NCBI GenBank assembly: GCA_963836185.1
Contig: CAWIIQ010000001.1
Span: 2,080,001 to 2,144,000 of the forward strand
Direction of reading: 5' to 3'
Source: Candidatus Krumholzibacteriia bacterium
GTDB lineage: Bacteria; Krumholzibacteriota; Krumholzibacteriia; Krumholzibacteriales; Krumholzibacteriaceae
Length of the DNA: 64,000 bases
Below the pieces are notes generated by a model, which was given only the letters and a program-made list of their open reading frames with translations, did no database searches and was not told the origin of the DNA. This document shows, one piece after another, positions 42,100 to 52,999 of the stretch (the stretch's first letter is position 1; each line of letters starts with the position of its first letter). The position numbers and the translations under genes were made by a program.

Positions 42100-43452
42100 C
42101 CGTTCTCTTTCACGAGCTTCATGACGCTGTCCCGGAAGACCCTGCCCCTGTGCTCGAAATTATCGTACATGTCGAAGCTCGCGCATGCGGGAGACAGCAC
42201 TACGAGCCATCCTTCCTCCGCGACACCGGACGCCATCTCGACTGCCTCCTCCATCGACGAGGCCCTCGTGCATGTCAGCCGGCCCCCTGCCGCGTCCTCT
42301 ATGAGTCCGGCCGCCTCGCCTATCGTGACTATCGAGCGGACGACGCCTGACAACTCGAAGAGCTTCGAGAAATCCCCGCCCTTGTCGTGTCCGCCCGCTA
42401 TCAGCACGACAGGCGAATCAAGTCCCTTGAGTGATTTGACCGCCGCTTCGACATTGGTCGCTTTCGAATCGTTGTAGAAAGATATGCCGCCTGCCGTGGC
42501 CACGAGCTCCATCCGGTGCGGAAGCCCTGCGAAAGAGGCCAGGGCCCTCCTGCAGGAATAGGCCGTGACTCCGAAAGGAGTGACCGCGGCTATCGCCGCC
42601 AGTGCGTTCTCGACATTGTGGATCCCCACAACCCTGATCTGCCGCGATCACAGATTATCTCTTCTGTCCCATCATGCACTCTCCCTGATGAGAAACTCAC
42701 CGTCGAGATAGACTCCTCCGCGGGACCCTGCCCGAGGAAGAGAAAGGCACCATGACAGCCTCCGTCCTTTTCGCGGCTGCCACGCAGAGCGGATCGTCAG
42801 CGTTGTAGAAGAAGTGATCGTCCGGAGCCAGGTTTTCGAGCAGCTTCTCCTTCGCGCCGAAATAATCCTCGAGCGAACTGTAGCGGTCGAGATGATCGGG
42901 GGTCAGGTTGAGAATCCCGGCACAGACCGGATGGAACCTGTCGATCGTCTCGAGCTGGAACGAACTTACCTCTATGACAAAGAATCCGTTTTCATCCAGA
43001 TCACCGACAACCGAGCTGAACGGCGTGCCGGTGTTGCCCGCAACCACCGCTTCCCTCCCGTCTTCTTTCAGCATCGCTCCTATCATCTCGACAGTCGTCG
43101 ACTTGCCGTTTGTACCGGTAACGGCGATGACCGGGGCACGGGCGAACCTGAATGCGAGTTCGAGCTCCCCGATGACGTTGATCCCGCGCTCCGACGCCGC
43201 GGCGAAGAGAGGATGATCGATCGGGAATCCCGGGACTGACGACGATCTCATCGATATCGTCGATGATCTCCCCGCGGAAATGACCGAGGTGGGTCTCCAG
43301 CGCGGTCAGGTCGGGTGGAATCTCCACGTTCTCATTCTCGTCGGCGCCGCATACCATCGGCGCCGGCTCCCAGAAGCAGGCGGGCAGCGGCAAAACCGCT
43401 CCTGGCCAGTCCGAAAACCAGGATGTGCCTGTCCAGTGTAATCTTCCATCAT
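42096..43452 (-). CDS. murD: UDP-N-acetylmuramoyl-L-alanine--D-glutamate ligase, several frameshifts
   Basis: VFGLARSG, VVSPGIP, TGTNGKST, EVSSFQL, HRME, NDSKATN, LSPACASFD spread over several frames. Confidence 0.92.
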
Positions 43453-43494
43453 TTTTCCTGGAAGGCCGGAGCCATGCCTTCCGGCCTTTCCTTT

Positions 43495-44575
43495 CTAGCG
43501 CAGCTTCAATGTACTCATGCCCAGCAGGAGAAGCAGCGCGGCCACGATCCAGAATCTCACTACTATCTGGCTCTCCGACCATCCCTCGAGCTCGAAGTGG
43601 TGGTGCAGGGGAGCCATTTTAAAGATCCTCTTTCCCCTCAGGCGGAAAGAAGCGACCTGCAGGATCACTGATACGGTCTCGGCGACGAATACCCCGCCGA
43701 TTATCAGAAGAAGAAGTTCCGACTTGAGCAGAACGGCTATGGTACCGAGAGCGCCGCCGAGCGCCAGCGAACCTGTGTCGCCCATGAACACCCTGGCCGG
43801 GTGCGTATTGAACCAGAGGAACCCGAGAGCCGCCCCCACGACCGACATGCAGTAGATAGTGAGCTCGCCCGCCCCCGGCAGGTAGAAAATCTGGAGGTAG
43901 TCGGCGAATACAGCGTTACCGCTGAGGTACGCGATCAGCGCGAAGGCGAGGAAGCAGAATGCCGATACTCCCGTTGCGAGACCGTCGAGACCATCGGTCA
44001 GGTTCACGGCGTTGGATGTGCCGGTGATTATCACCATCACGAGGGGGATATAGAAGATCCCCCATTCGATGTACAGGTCCTTGAAGAAAGGAACGACCGT
44101 CCTCGTGCCGTCGGGCGACATCGGGTTGACATACAGATATATCCCGAGAGCGAGGCCGAAGACGAGCTGTCCGATGAGCTTGTACCTTCCGACCAGGCCC
44201 TTGTCCCTCTTCTTTATGACACCGAGGTAGTCGTCGATGAATCCTATGGCCCCTGTCCATACCGTCACCACGAGAGTGAGCTGGACGTAGGGATTGTTCA
44301 GGTCGGCCCAGAGAAGCGTGGGGATGACGATGGCGCATATCATCAGCATGCCGCCCATCGACGGGGTCCCCGTCTTGCCGTTGTGCCTTTCGGGCACGCC
44401 TTCCCTGATCCTTGCCTGTCTGAAGCGACGCGAGCCACCTGATCAGTCTCGGCCCGAAGATGAAGCATATCAGCAGGGCCGTCACCGTGGCGTAAGCCGA
44501 CCGGAAGGTGATGTACCTGAATACGTTGAATCCGAAGAAGTAATCCCTGAGCGGATAGAGAAGGTGGTACAGCAT
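43495..44575 (-). CDS. mraY: Phospho-N-acetylmuramoyl-pentapeptide transferase, frameshift near 44410-44430
   Basis: N-terminal FRYITFR; [35 protein letters not shown] motifs. Confidence 0.95.
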
Positions 44576-46002
44576 CAGCCGGCCCTCCTTCTCTCGCAGT
44601 CGCGCCTCTTCTCGATCTCCGCGATGACGGTCTCCATCCTCATCCCGCGCGAACCCTTGACCAGCACCCCGTCACCCTCGGCAAGGAGACTGTCGAGGTG
44701 AGCGGCGAGGTTGACCGCATCGAGAAAATGGCTGATGCTCTCAGGCGCCTTTCGCTGGACTGCGGCCGCTCTGTTCAGCTCGACCGTCTCGTCTCCGAGG
44801 GTGATTATTCCGTCCACTCCGGCCTTGCCGCAGAATATTCCCGCTTCCTCGTGGAGCTCGCCCGACGTCTTGCCCAACTCGAGCATATCGCCGAGGACGA
44901 GCCAGCGCCTGCCTTCGAGGGGCATCTCCATGAACGCTTCGACCGCCGCCCGGAGAGAGGCGGGATTCGAATTATATGTCTCATCGACGATCGTGATCCC
45001 CGCGACATCGAATACGACGCCTCGGCCCTCGAAGGCGCCTGCTTCGGCGAGGGCCGCCGCCGTTATCGGGGCCGGTATCTCCAGCAGCCCGGCAACGGCG
45101 GCGACAGCTCCTGCGTTAAGAAGGTGATGCCTTCCAAACCGCCGAATCTCCATTTCCTCTCCGCCTATCGTGAAGGTATATCCTCCACCTTCCCTGTTCT
45201 CGATATCTTCTATCCTTACGGTGGCTTTGTCCGAGAGCCCGAACGCGACTACCGGCGCCCTGGTCCTGCCCTTGAGAAGATCAAAGAATTCGTCATCGGC
45301 CGGAAGAACGGCCGCCCCGTTTTCGGCGAGCGACTCGATAAGTTCCGATTTCGCTTTAGCGACACCTTTCAGAGTACCGAAGAACTCGAGGTGTCCAGGG
45401 CCGATATTCGTTATCACTCCTATGTCCGGGCGGACGATGGCGCAGAGGTCCGCGATCTCACCCTTGTGGTTCGCTCCGATCTCGGTGACAAGCACCTCGG
45501 TCCCTTCCGGCATCGCCAGGATCGTCAGCGGCACCCCGATATGGTTATTGAGGTTTCCCGATGTCGCGTGTACCGAATACCTCTCTGAAAGCACCGCTGT
45601 CAGTCATCTCCTTGACGGTCGTCTTGCCGCTGCTTCCCGTTATCGCGACTACCTTCGGACCGACCCTGTCTCTCCAGGCCGCGGCGATCGCCTGCAGCCC
45701 CTTGAGCGTGTCCTTCACTTCGAATACAGGCAGCGCGGGAGCGGCGACCCTGGCAGCTTCTCCCCGTCCCTGTGCGACCAGAAGCGCGGCGGCTCCGCCG
45801 GCGACCGCTTCTGCGATATAATCGTGCCCGTCGGTCTTTTCACCATCGAGAGCGACGAAGAGCATACCTTCCGTACCGGTACGCGAATCGGTCGTCACTC
45901 CGCCGACGACCGTTTTATTCTGTTTATCTACCCTGAAGCCCGCCGCTTCGAGTATTCCCGCTATCCAGTCGCTGTCGACTCTGATGTCCGCCCTCCAGAC
46001 AT
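44575..46002 (-). CDS. murF: UDP-MurNAc-tripeptide--D-Ala-D-Ala ligase, frameshifted
   Basis: [47 protein letters not shown]; start position uncertain. Confidence 0.92.
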
Positions 46003-46017
46003 TTGGATCCCAGCCTT

Positions 46018-47497
46018 CTATCTTCGGCTCGCCGAAACGGCGAGCGCTTTTTCCGCTTCCTCTATATCACTGAAATGGATATTCCCGTCGGCGAGGACCT
46101 GGTAATCCTCGTGCCCCTTCCCGGCAAGCACGACCATATCCCCTTCAGCCGCCGATCCTATCGCCATCTTTATCGCTTCTCCCCTGTCGGAGATCACCTC
46201 GAGAGGAGTGTCGATCCCTGACATCCCCTCGAGTATGTCCCGGATGATCGCGTCGGGATCCTCCGTCCTGGGATTGTCGCTCGTCACGTAGACCATGTCG
46301 CTGAGATCGGCAGCGGCTTTGCCCATCATCGGACGTTTCCCCCTGTCCCGGTCGCCTCCCGCCCCGAAGACAGTCACGAGTCTCGCCGGTGAGAGTTCTC
46401 GGCAGAAGAGAAGGAGCTTCTCGAGGGCGTCGGGAGTGTGCGCATAGTCGACTATCACGGTCGGGCCGCCGCCGGAACGGACCAGGTGGAACCTTCCGGG
46501 TATCTCGTCGATAGAGGACAGGCCGGCTGCGATCGATTCCCTGTCGGCGCCGGCCGCATGCGCCGCCGCCGCTGCGCCCATCGCGTTAAGCGCCGAAAAC
46601 CTGCCGAGCAGCCGCATCTCCACCGGAAGGTCGAATCCGGAAGCGGCTATCCTGAAGTTCGTCCCTGAAAGATCCGCGGCAAGACCGGCGCACCTGAAGG
46701 CAGCCTCATCTGAGGTACCGAACGATATCTTCGGCCCGGTGAATCTCTCTCCGACCCTCTTCACATTGACATCATCGATGTTATAGACGAGCGTCCCGGC
46801 CCCCTTGGCCCTGTCCGGTGCAGATGAGGCTCCGGACAAATGTCTCTTTCGCCTCAATATAGTTTTCCAGGCTGCCGTGGTAGTCCATGTGGTCCCTCGA
46901 AATATTCGTAAAGATCCCGATATCGAATTCGAGTCCGCCTATCCTGCCCTGGTCAGCGGCATGCGAACTGACCTCCATCACCACCGTCCCGCAGCCCCTT
47001 TCGAGAAATCCGGCGATTATCCTGTTCAGGTCGGAAGATGAAGGGGTCGTGTTGGTCGCAGCCCGCAGGTCCCCTCCAGTTCCGAATCCGACCGTTCCGA
47101 TTATCCCTGTCGGACCATGCGACCTCTGCAGTATCGACTGGAGGATGAATGCGGTAGAGGTCTTGCCGTTCGTCCCGGTAACGCCGACGAGCATCACCTT
47201 CGACGAAGGGTTTCCATAAAAAACGCGGGCGAGCGACACCTCAGCCGCCGAAGAGTTATCAACGACTACAACGGGAATGTCTGCTTCGACCGGATTCTCG
47301 ACGACAAGCGCCGCAGCACCCGCATTTACCGCATGATCCACATAGTCGTGACCGTCGGCCTCATGCCCCCTGACAGCCACGAAAAGCTCTCCTTCCGATA
47401 TCGACCTCGAGTCGGTCGATATCCCCTTTATCTCGACATCGCGCCATCCGTGCCGCGATCTTGCTTCAATACCCTCGAGCAGTTCTTCAAGTCTCAC
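46018..47497 (-). CDS. murE: UDP-MurNAc-L-Ala-D-Glu--meso-DAP ligase, frameshift near 46820
   Basis: TDSR, TGTNGKTS, MEVSSH, DHMDYH, DYAHTPD, DNPR (DAP-type), AGKGHE; GTG 47497 with GGAGG RBS. Confidence 0.93.
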
Positions 47498-49620
47498 CGT
47501 GCAGGCCCCTCCAGCGAGAACCATTCTGCTGCTGTACTTCATTTTCGATATGGCGCAGCGGATCGATACGGTGCTTCCCTTCGACACCTTCCGTCCCGCC
47601 GGCGGATCCTGCCTCAGCACCGTTCCCGATCCGGCGATCCTGCTCCTGAGGCCGGATTCGATCAGCATGCGCCTCGCCTGCCTGATCGAAAGCCCCTTGA
47701 GGTCGGGCACGGTGACTGCGGACTTTTTCCTGTCGCTTTCCGAGATGAACGATAGCCGGACCTTGTGCCCTTTTTTTACGAGGGTTCCCGGTCCGGGTAC
47801 CTGTGAGTAGACTTCTCCCTCGTCACTGGAGTAAACAGTCTTCAGGTCGCAGTCGTTCGCGAGCTGCACGGCCTCGGCGCATCGCAGCCGGAAGAAACTC
47901 GGCACGGGGATCTTTCCTTCGCTGGACTTCTGTCCGGCCTATCCTGATATCGGCGCCGGGAGCGAGAAGATCGGAAGCGAGGTTGATCCCTTCCACTATC
48001 TCACTGAAGACTACCGCCGAGGAAGCTCCCGCCGTAGTGCCACGTGTAATCGGGCTCCTTCAGCAATACCATGCAGACGAACTTCGGATCATCCGCCGGA
48101 ACGAATCCGGCGAAACTCGCGATCCATGTATTGTCCAGATACCTTGATCCATCGGCCACCTGGGCCGTCCCGGTCTTGCCGGCTGTCTCGATCCCTTCTA
48201 CGGCGGCGTTGACGCCCGTTCCGTCGACAACGACATCGCGGCAGAATTCCCTGAGTTTCCTGGCGGTTCCGCGAGAGATCACCTTTCTGACCTTGACTGG
48301 ATCATAGCTCCTTACCCGTTCTCCATCGGGATCCCTCACCTCTCGTGTAATCCTCGGGACCATCAGGTCCCCTCCGTTCGCGACAGCGCAGTATGCCATC
48401 GCCATCTGGAGCACGGTCACACCGATCTCCTGCCCGATTGCCATACTGGGAAGCGACCTCCCCGACCAGTCCTCAGGTTTGCGGAGCGCTCCCGCCGACT
48501 CGGCGGGAAGATCGATGCCTGTCCTGCTCCCGAAGCCGAAACGGAGGAGGAACGAATAGTAATCTTCCTTGTCGGTGTCCATAACGGCCTTGATCGTGCA
48601 TATATTGCTCGATTTCTTGAATGTCTCCTTGAACGTCAGCCAGCCGAACTCGTGGTCGTCCCTGAATGTCCCGAACCAGAAATCGGCTTTGCCTTCCTCG
48701 CCGTAGAACACGTCGTACGGATCCACCTCGCCCCGATCGAGGAGATACGCGCTCGTTACGAGTTTGAAGGTGGAACCGGGCTCGTAGATGCAGCCTGTCG
48801 AATAGAGTCCTTTTCCCGTCTTGACTATCCCGTCTTTCGAGCCTTTCTTCTCGGCCAGCGCAAATATCTCCCCTGTCCAGGGATCAACGACGACGGCTGC
48901 GCCCGAGGCCGCACCGTATCTCGAAACGGCCTGTTCGAGCTCGAAATCGACTATCGCCTGGATCCTTGAGTCGATCGTGAGATAGAGATCGTGGCCGTTT
49001 TCCGGTTTTCGCCCGGGCGCATCCGGTCGTCGGTAAAGTCTTCCTTTTGCATCCATGCTCATGAGCTTCCATCCATCGGAACCCTTGAGGAGATCGTCGA
49101 ACGCCAGTTCGAGTCCTCCTTTTCCGGAACCATCGGTTCCGACCGAGCCGAGAAGCAGGGGAGTCATGCAATGGAACGGATTGATCCGTTCAGGGTCCGG
49201 GTCAAGCCTGACTCCCGGCATCGATGAAAGCAGTTCCTCCTGCTGGCAGGAGAGCGAGACCTTCCTGGCGATCCGAATGTATTCGTCTTTCCGGTTCAGG
49301 AGACGGCGGATAAACGAAATCGATTTCGAGGCGGCGTCGGAGAGAACCTCGAGCTTTTCGTTATCGTCAGGAAGGTCCCGGGGGGTGACGCCAAGAACAT
49401 AAGTCCTGTGTGTGACGGCAAGCGGCATGCCGTTACGATCGAAGATGCTGCCGCGGCAGGCTTCCCATGGTACCTTTCTGTCCCGGCCTACCGCGTCTCC
49501 GAGTATCTCTTCACGGTCTATTATCTGAATACGGACGATCTGAAAGAATATCGCGCAGACGACGGCAACCGACAGTATCTCGACTGTGATCATCCGCCAG
49601 TTCTTAAAACGCATTCTCAT
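47494..49620 (-). CDS. ftsI: Class B penicillin-binding protein with two PASTA domains, frameshifted near 48030-47900
   Basis: RGSIFDRNG, EPGSTFK (SxxK), SSN, KTGT; PASTA repeats 'VPDLKGLS...QDPPAG' in the next frame; 3' end uncertain. Confidence 0.9.
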
Positions 49621-50060
49621 CTGCTCTCCGGTACTCGAGCGGGAGTCGAGGGAAGGCTTCCCTCTCCGCCCTTGAGGGCCCAGCGGGCCATATCATCGTC
49701 CGTTATCTCATCGATGTCGTAATAGGCTATCCTGTGTATCTGGTCCGGCACTCCCGGCTGCATCCCCGCCGCTTCAGCGAGCGGGATTATGCGTTCCGCC
49801 GACGCGAGCCTGTTCCGGGTCGACATCAGGCAGATCCTCTCATCCTTGAGCGATTTGCTCAGTCTTGCCCCTTCCTCGATCTGCTTCGATATACCGTCGA
49901 GATGGACGTGCAGCGAGATATAGAGGAGTACGAGGCTTGAAAAGAATCCCAGGATGATCAGGAAATTAAACGGCCCCATCTTTCCCTCGAGGGCCCTTTT
50001 CACTATCATCGACAGGTGATCGATATATCTCTTTCCTGTTCCCATTCCTGATCCTCTCAT
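49617..50060 (-). CDS. ftsL: FtsL-like cell division protein
   Basis: Single TM + coiled coil + 'L.SAERI...A...GM..P'; lies between rsmH and ftsI. Confidence 0.65.
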   Translation of the reverse strand: MRGSGMGTGKRYIDHLSMIVKRALEGKMGPFNFLIILGFFSSLVLLYISLHVHLDGISKQIEEGARLSKSLKDERICLMSTRNRLASAERIIPLAEAAGMQPGVPDQIHRIAYYDIDEITDDDMARWALKGGEGSLPSTPARVPESR

Positions 50061-50073
50061 TGACAGGCGTCTG

Positions 50074-50985
50074 TCACACCAGTCGTTCTGCGGCGCGAAG
50101 CCTTGCGCTTCGTGCCCTTGGATTCTCTGATATCTCTTTTTCGCCGGGGAGTACGGGGCGCCTCGTAAGGACCCTCAGCCGCGGCTCTATCCCGCAGACG
50201 CATTCAGGGAAATCTGAAGGGCAGGTGCAGCCCTTCTCCTCGGCCCTGAAAAATCTTTTGACCTTCCTGTCCTCGAGCGAGTGATAGCTGATAAGGACCA
50301 GCCGCCCTCCCGGAGCGCACAGTTCCAGTGCTGCCGGCAGGAAAGAGGCGAGAGCTTCGAGTTCCCTGTTCGCCCAGATCCTGAGGGCCTGAAAGACCCT
50401 GGCCAGCGTCGTGATCCTGTCTTTCCCGGGCGCCCCTCTTTCGACAGCTCCTCTAAGCCTTGAAGTGCGCTCGATACGTCCTGTGGAGCGTTCCCTGACG
50501 ATCTCGCGGGCAATCGCCCTGCTTCTGCGCTCTTCTCCATATTCGTAGATTATTCCAGCCAGTTCCTCTTCCGAAGCGGTGTCGAGCAGTTCTTCGACAT
50601 CGCCGTCATCCGGTCCCATCGCCATATCGAGAGGACCGTCGTTGAGATAGCTGAATCCCCGGTCCCTGTCGGCGATCTGGAGCGAAGACAGCCCGAGATC
50701 GAGAAGTATTCCCTCACACTTACCGCCTGCCGCATGCTTCGATATCTCGGAGAAATTGCCCTTAACGAGAGTAGCGCGGTCGCCGAACTTATCGAGCCTT
50801 CCGGCCGCGATCTTCAGCGCCTTCGGGTCCCGGTCGATCCCGAGAAGCTGGACCCCTTTTCCTCCCGCGGAGAGTATCGCCTCGGCGTGACCGCCCATCC
50901 CTACCGTTCCGTCGATGTATTTCCCTTCCCTACCTGTCATCAGAAACCTCACGACCTCATCGACCAGGACAGGCGTATGTATCAC
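50074..50985 (-). CDS. rsmH: 16S rRNA m4C1402 methyltransferase
   Basis: HTPVL, DGTVGMGGH, DLGLSS, ISYHSLEDR, NPRARSARLR motifs. Confidence 0.98.
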   Translation of the reverse strand: MIHTPVLVDEVVRFLMTGREGKYIDGTVGMGGHAEAILSAGGKGVQLLGIDRDPKALKIAAGRLDKFGDRATLVKGNFSEISKHAAGGKCEGILLDLGLSSLQIADRDRGFSYLNDGPLDMAMGPDDGDVEELLDTASEEELAGIIYEYGEERRSRAIAREIVRERSTGRIERTSRLRGAVERGAPGKDRITTLARVFQALRIWANRELEALASFLPAALELCAPGGRLVLISYHSLEDRKVKRFFRAEEKGCTCPSDFPECVCGIEPRLRVLTRRPVLPGEKEISENPRARSARLRAAERLV

Positions 50986-51377
50986 CTGCCGTCCACCTCC
51001 GACGGGATGTCCGCCGCCTCCTGCCGTCCGGCGGCGTACACACCCAGCTTCCCTCTTTCAGCTTTCAGATACCTGAAAGCCGTCCTCCAGTCAGAAAAAA
51101 CAGGGGTCATCTTCGTATTGCTTACGAAAGCGAAGATACTGAGGAGATAGTCGTTGAATCCGCTGAAGATGACCCCGGGGCTCCTGCCGATCAGTCTTTC
51201 GAGCGTCTGGAACACCGTGTAGTCGACGTGCCGGACACCGGCAAAATCGAGGATGCAGCATCCGCCGTTCGATGGCGATGCCAGGTGGCTGACGAGCATC
51301 TCGGCATCACCGCTCTCGATGATGCCCGAGATCCTCAGGACCTCGATGCCGTCGCGATCTGTCCGGTAGACTCTCAT
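50982..51377 (-). CDS. STAS-domain protein
   Basis: 'VLRISGII...ILDFAGVRHVDYT...FSGFNDYLLSIF' STAS pattern; coupled to rsmH by a GTGA overlap. Confidence 0.7.
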   Translation of the reverse strand: MRVYRTDRDGIEVLRISGIIESGDAEMLVSHLASPSNGGCCILDFAGVRHVDYTVFQTLERLIGRSPGVIFSGFNDYLLSIFAFVSNTKMTPVFSDWRTAFRYLKAERGKLGVYAAGRQEAADIPSEVDGR

Positions 51378-51394
51378 CCCTCGATCCTGTCTCA

Positions 51395-51829
51395 CTAGTA
51401 TTCCCACTCACCGCCGAGGAAGGTGTCCTCGACGTCGCTGCTGACCTTCTCGTAGTCCTCGACCGACCAGATCTCGATATAGTTGAGGACTCCCACTACC
51501 ATTACCTTCCTGGGATTGCCCAGAACCTCGAGCATCACGGACGGGATCGCGACGCGTCCCGACTTGTCGAGGTTGAGCGTTCTTGATTTCTTGCTGTAGA
51601 ACCTTATGTAGTTCCTCTTCTCAGGGCCCGGCGGCAGCTTGTGCAGCTCGCTCACCACTACCTCGTTCCACTCGTTTACCGGGTAGAGATTGAGGCATTT
51701 TTCCTTGCCCATCGATATGACGTACATCCCGGCTGATGTTTCCGGTACAAGATGCCTGAACTTCGCGGGGACCATCAGGCGGCCCTTCGCGTCGATCGTG
51801 CATTCGAAATCTCCAAGAAAATTCTGCAT
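51395..51829 (-). CDS. mraZ: Transcriptional regulator MraZ
   Basis: IDAKGRLMVP..FR, LDKSGRVAIP, IEIW motifs. Confidence 0.96.
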   Translation of the reverse strand: MQNFLGDFECTIDAKGRLMVPAKFRHLVPETSAGMYVISMGKEKCLNLYPVNEWNEVVVSELHKLPPGPEKRNYIRFYSKKSRTLNLDKSGRVAIPSVMLEVLGNPRKVMVVGVLNYIEIWSVEDYEKVSSDVEDTFLGGEWEY

Positions 51830-51926
51830 CTCCGGCCTTTCAGAGGCCCTTCCCCATCCCACCTCACGGCCGGAAATATCGGTTGGCGCCGGCAGTGACT
51901 ATTTAAACATTTAGGGGACTAACCTC

Positions 51927-51969
51927 TCCATTTCGACCCACTTTATCCCACTACTCCCCACTGTGTCAA
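51927..51969 (-). promoter_or_regulatory. dcw promoter with four MraZ-box repeats
   Basis: TTGACA-N18-TAAAGT overlapped by AGTGGG x3 + AATGGA at exact 10-bp period. Confidence 0.85.
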
Positions 51970-52070
51970 GAGAAAATCTCCCGGAAGAGTGAATTTTATC
52001 GCATTTTAATCTGTTGTGTTATATGGCGTTACAAGAGTGGCATCAAAAAAGTTCTGGATCGATCGCTTTT

Positions 52071-52096
52071 CACCATCTTCCCCACCACTTACCACT
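52071..52096 (-). promoter_or_regulatory. Second, upstream array of MraZ-box-like repeats
   Basis: AGTGGTAAGT-GGTGGGGAA-GATGGTG, TGG cores about 10 bp apart. Confidence 0.45.
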
Positions 52097-52153
52097 GGCA
52101 GAAACGGGACGTGTCTGAAAGGAGGGTGCGTGACCGGTGAGACCGGTACAGTT

Positions 52154-52999
52154 TCAGTCCAGCGGCGGCCTGACGGCCCTCACTACGAGGGTCGAGGCGA
52201 GCAGGTCGAACGGGGGCAGGATCTCCAGGAGGCTCTCGAGTACCCTGGCCGCCGGAAAGAGGAAGTCAGGGACGTTCTTCAGCACGAAGATGATCCTCTC
52301 GACAGCTGTGACTTCAAAGCCTTCCCCGGCAAGGAGGGACCGGATCTCCCCGGAAGGCGACGGCCTGTGATAGGTGTAAGGATGGTAATCAGCCCTTTCG
52401 ATATCTCCGACGGGATAGCACATACCGGGGAGCGCTTTCTTGATCAGCGGCATCAGTGTGGCGACACGCTTCCCGGACTCAACGGCAGAGTAGTAATTCG
52501 GCGTGGAGAGGACAAGGACGCCTCCCGGCTCGAGCACCCGCATAGCCTCCATCACCGCCGCACGGCGGTCGGGATGAAAGACATGCTCGAAAGTCTCGAC
52601 CGCGGTGACCGCCGCGAAGGTCCCGTCGCTGAAGGGAAGGCCGCTCATATCGGCTCCGCAGAGACCCGCTTCCGCTCCGTTGGCCCCGGCGATCATTGAA
52701 GCGGCAGCGAAGTCGTTCTGTACTATATCGATCCCGTACGGGTCATAGCCGCGACGGCCGAGGAGAAAGAGGTTGTACCCCCATCCGCATCCGACGTCGA
52801 GAGCCCTGCGTCCCTTTCCTTCCGGAAGCATACCGGTAACAGTCACAAAACGCCGGCGGCTCAACCATCTCCTCGCCTTCGAACCGAGAAACCAGTTCGA
52901 GAGCAGGCTCGGCATCAGCTCATCCGGTATCCCGGAGGGGATCAACGGTTCGGGGAGGTCCTTCATGCTCAGGCCCGGCGCGGTGTCAGTCATGCTCAC
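52154..52999 (-). CDS. Class I SAM-dependent methyltransferase
   Basis: ALDVGCGWG, GID, LPFSDGTF, ETFEHV, LEPGGVLVLSTPN motifs. Confidence 0.92.
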   Translation of the reverse strand: MSMTDTAPGLSMKDLPEPLIPSGIPDELMPSLLSNWFLGSKARRWLSRRRFVTVTGMLPEGKGRRALDVGCGWGYNLFLLGRRGYDPYGIDIVQNDFAAASMIAGANGAEAGLCGADMSGLPFSDGTFAAVTAVETFEHVFHPDRRAAVMEAMRVLEPGGVLVLSTPNYYSAVESGKRVATLMPLIKKALPGMCYPVGDIERADYHPYTYHRPSPSGEIRSLLAGEGFEVTAVERIIFVLKNVPDFLFPAARVLESLLEILPPFDLLASTLVVRAVRPPLD

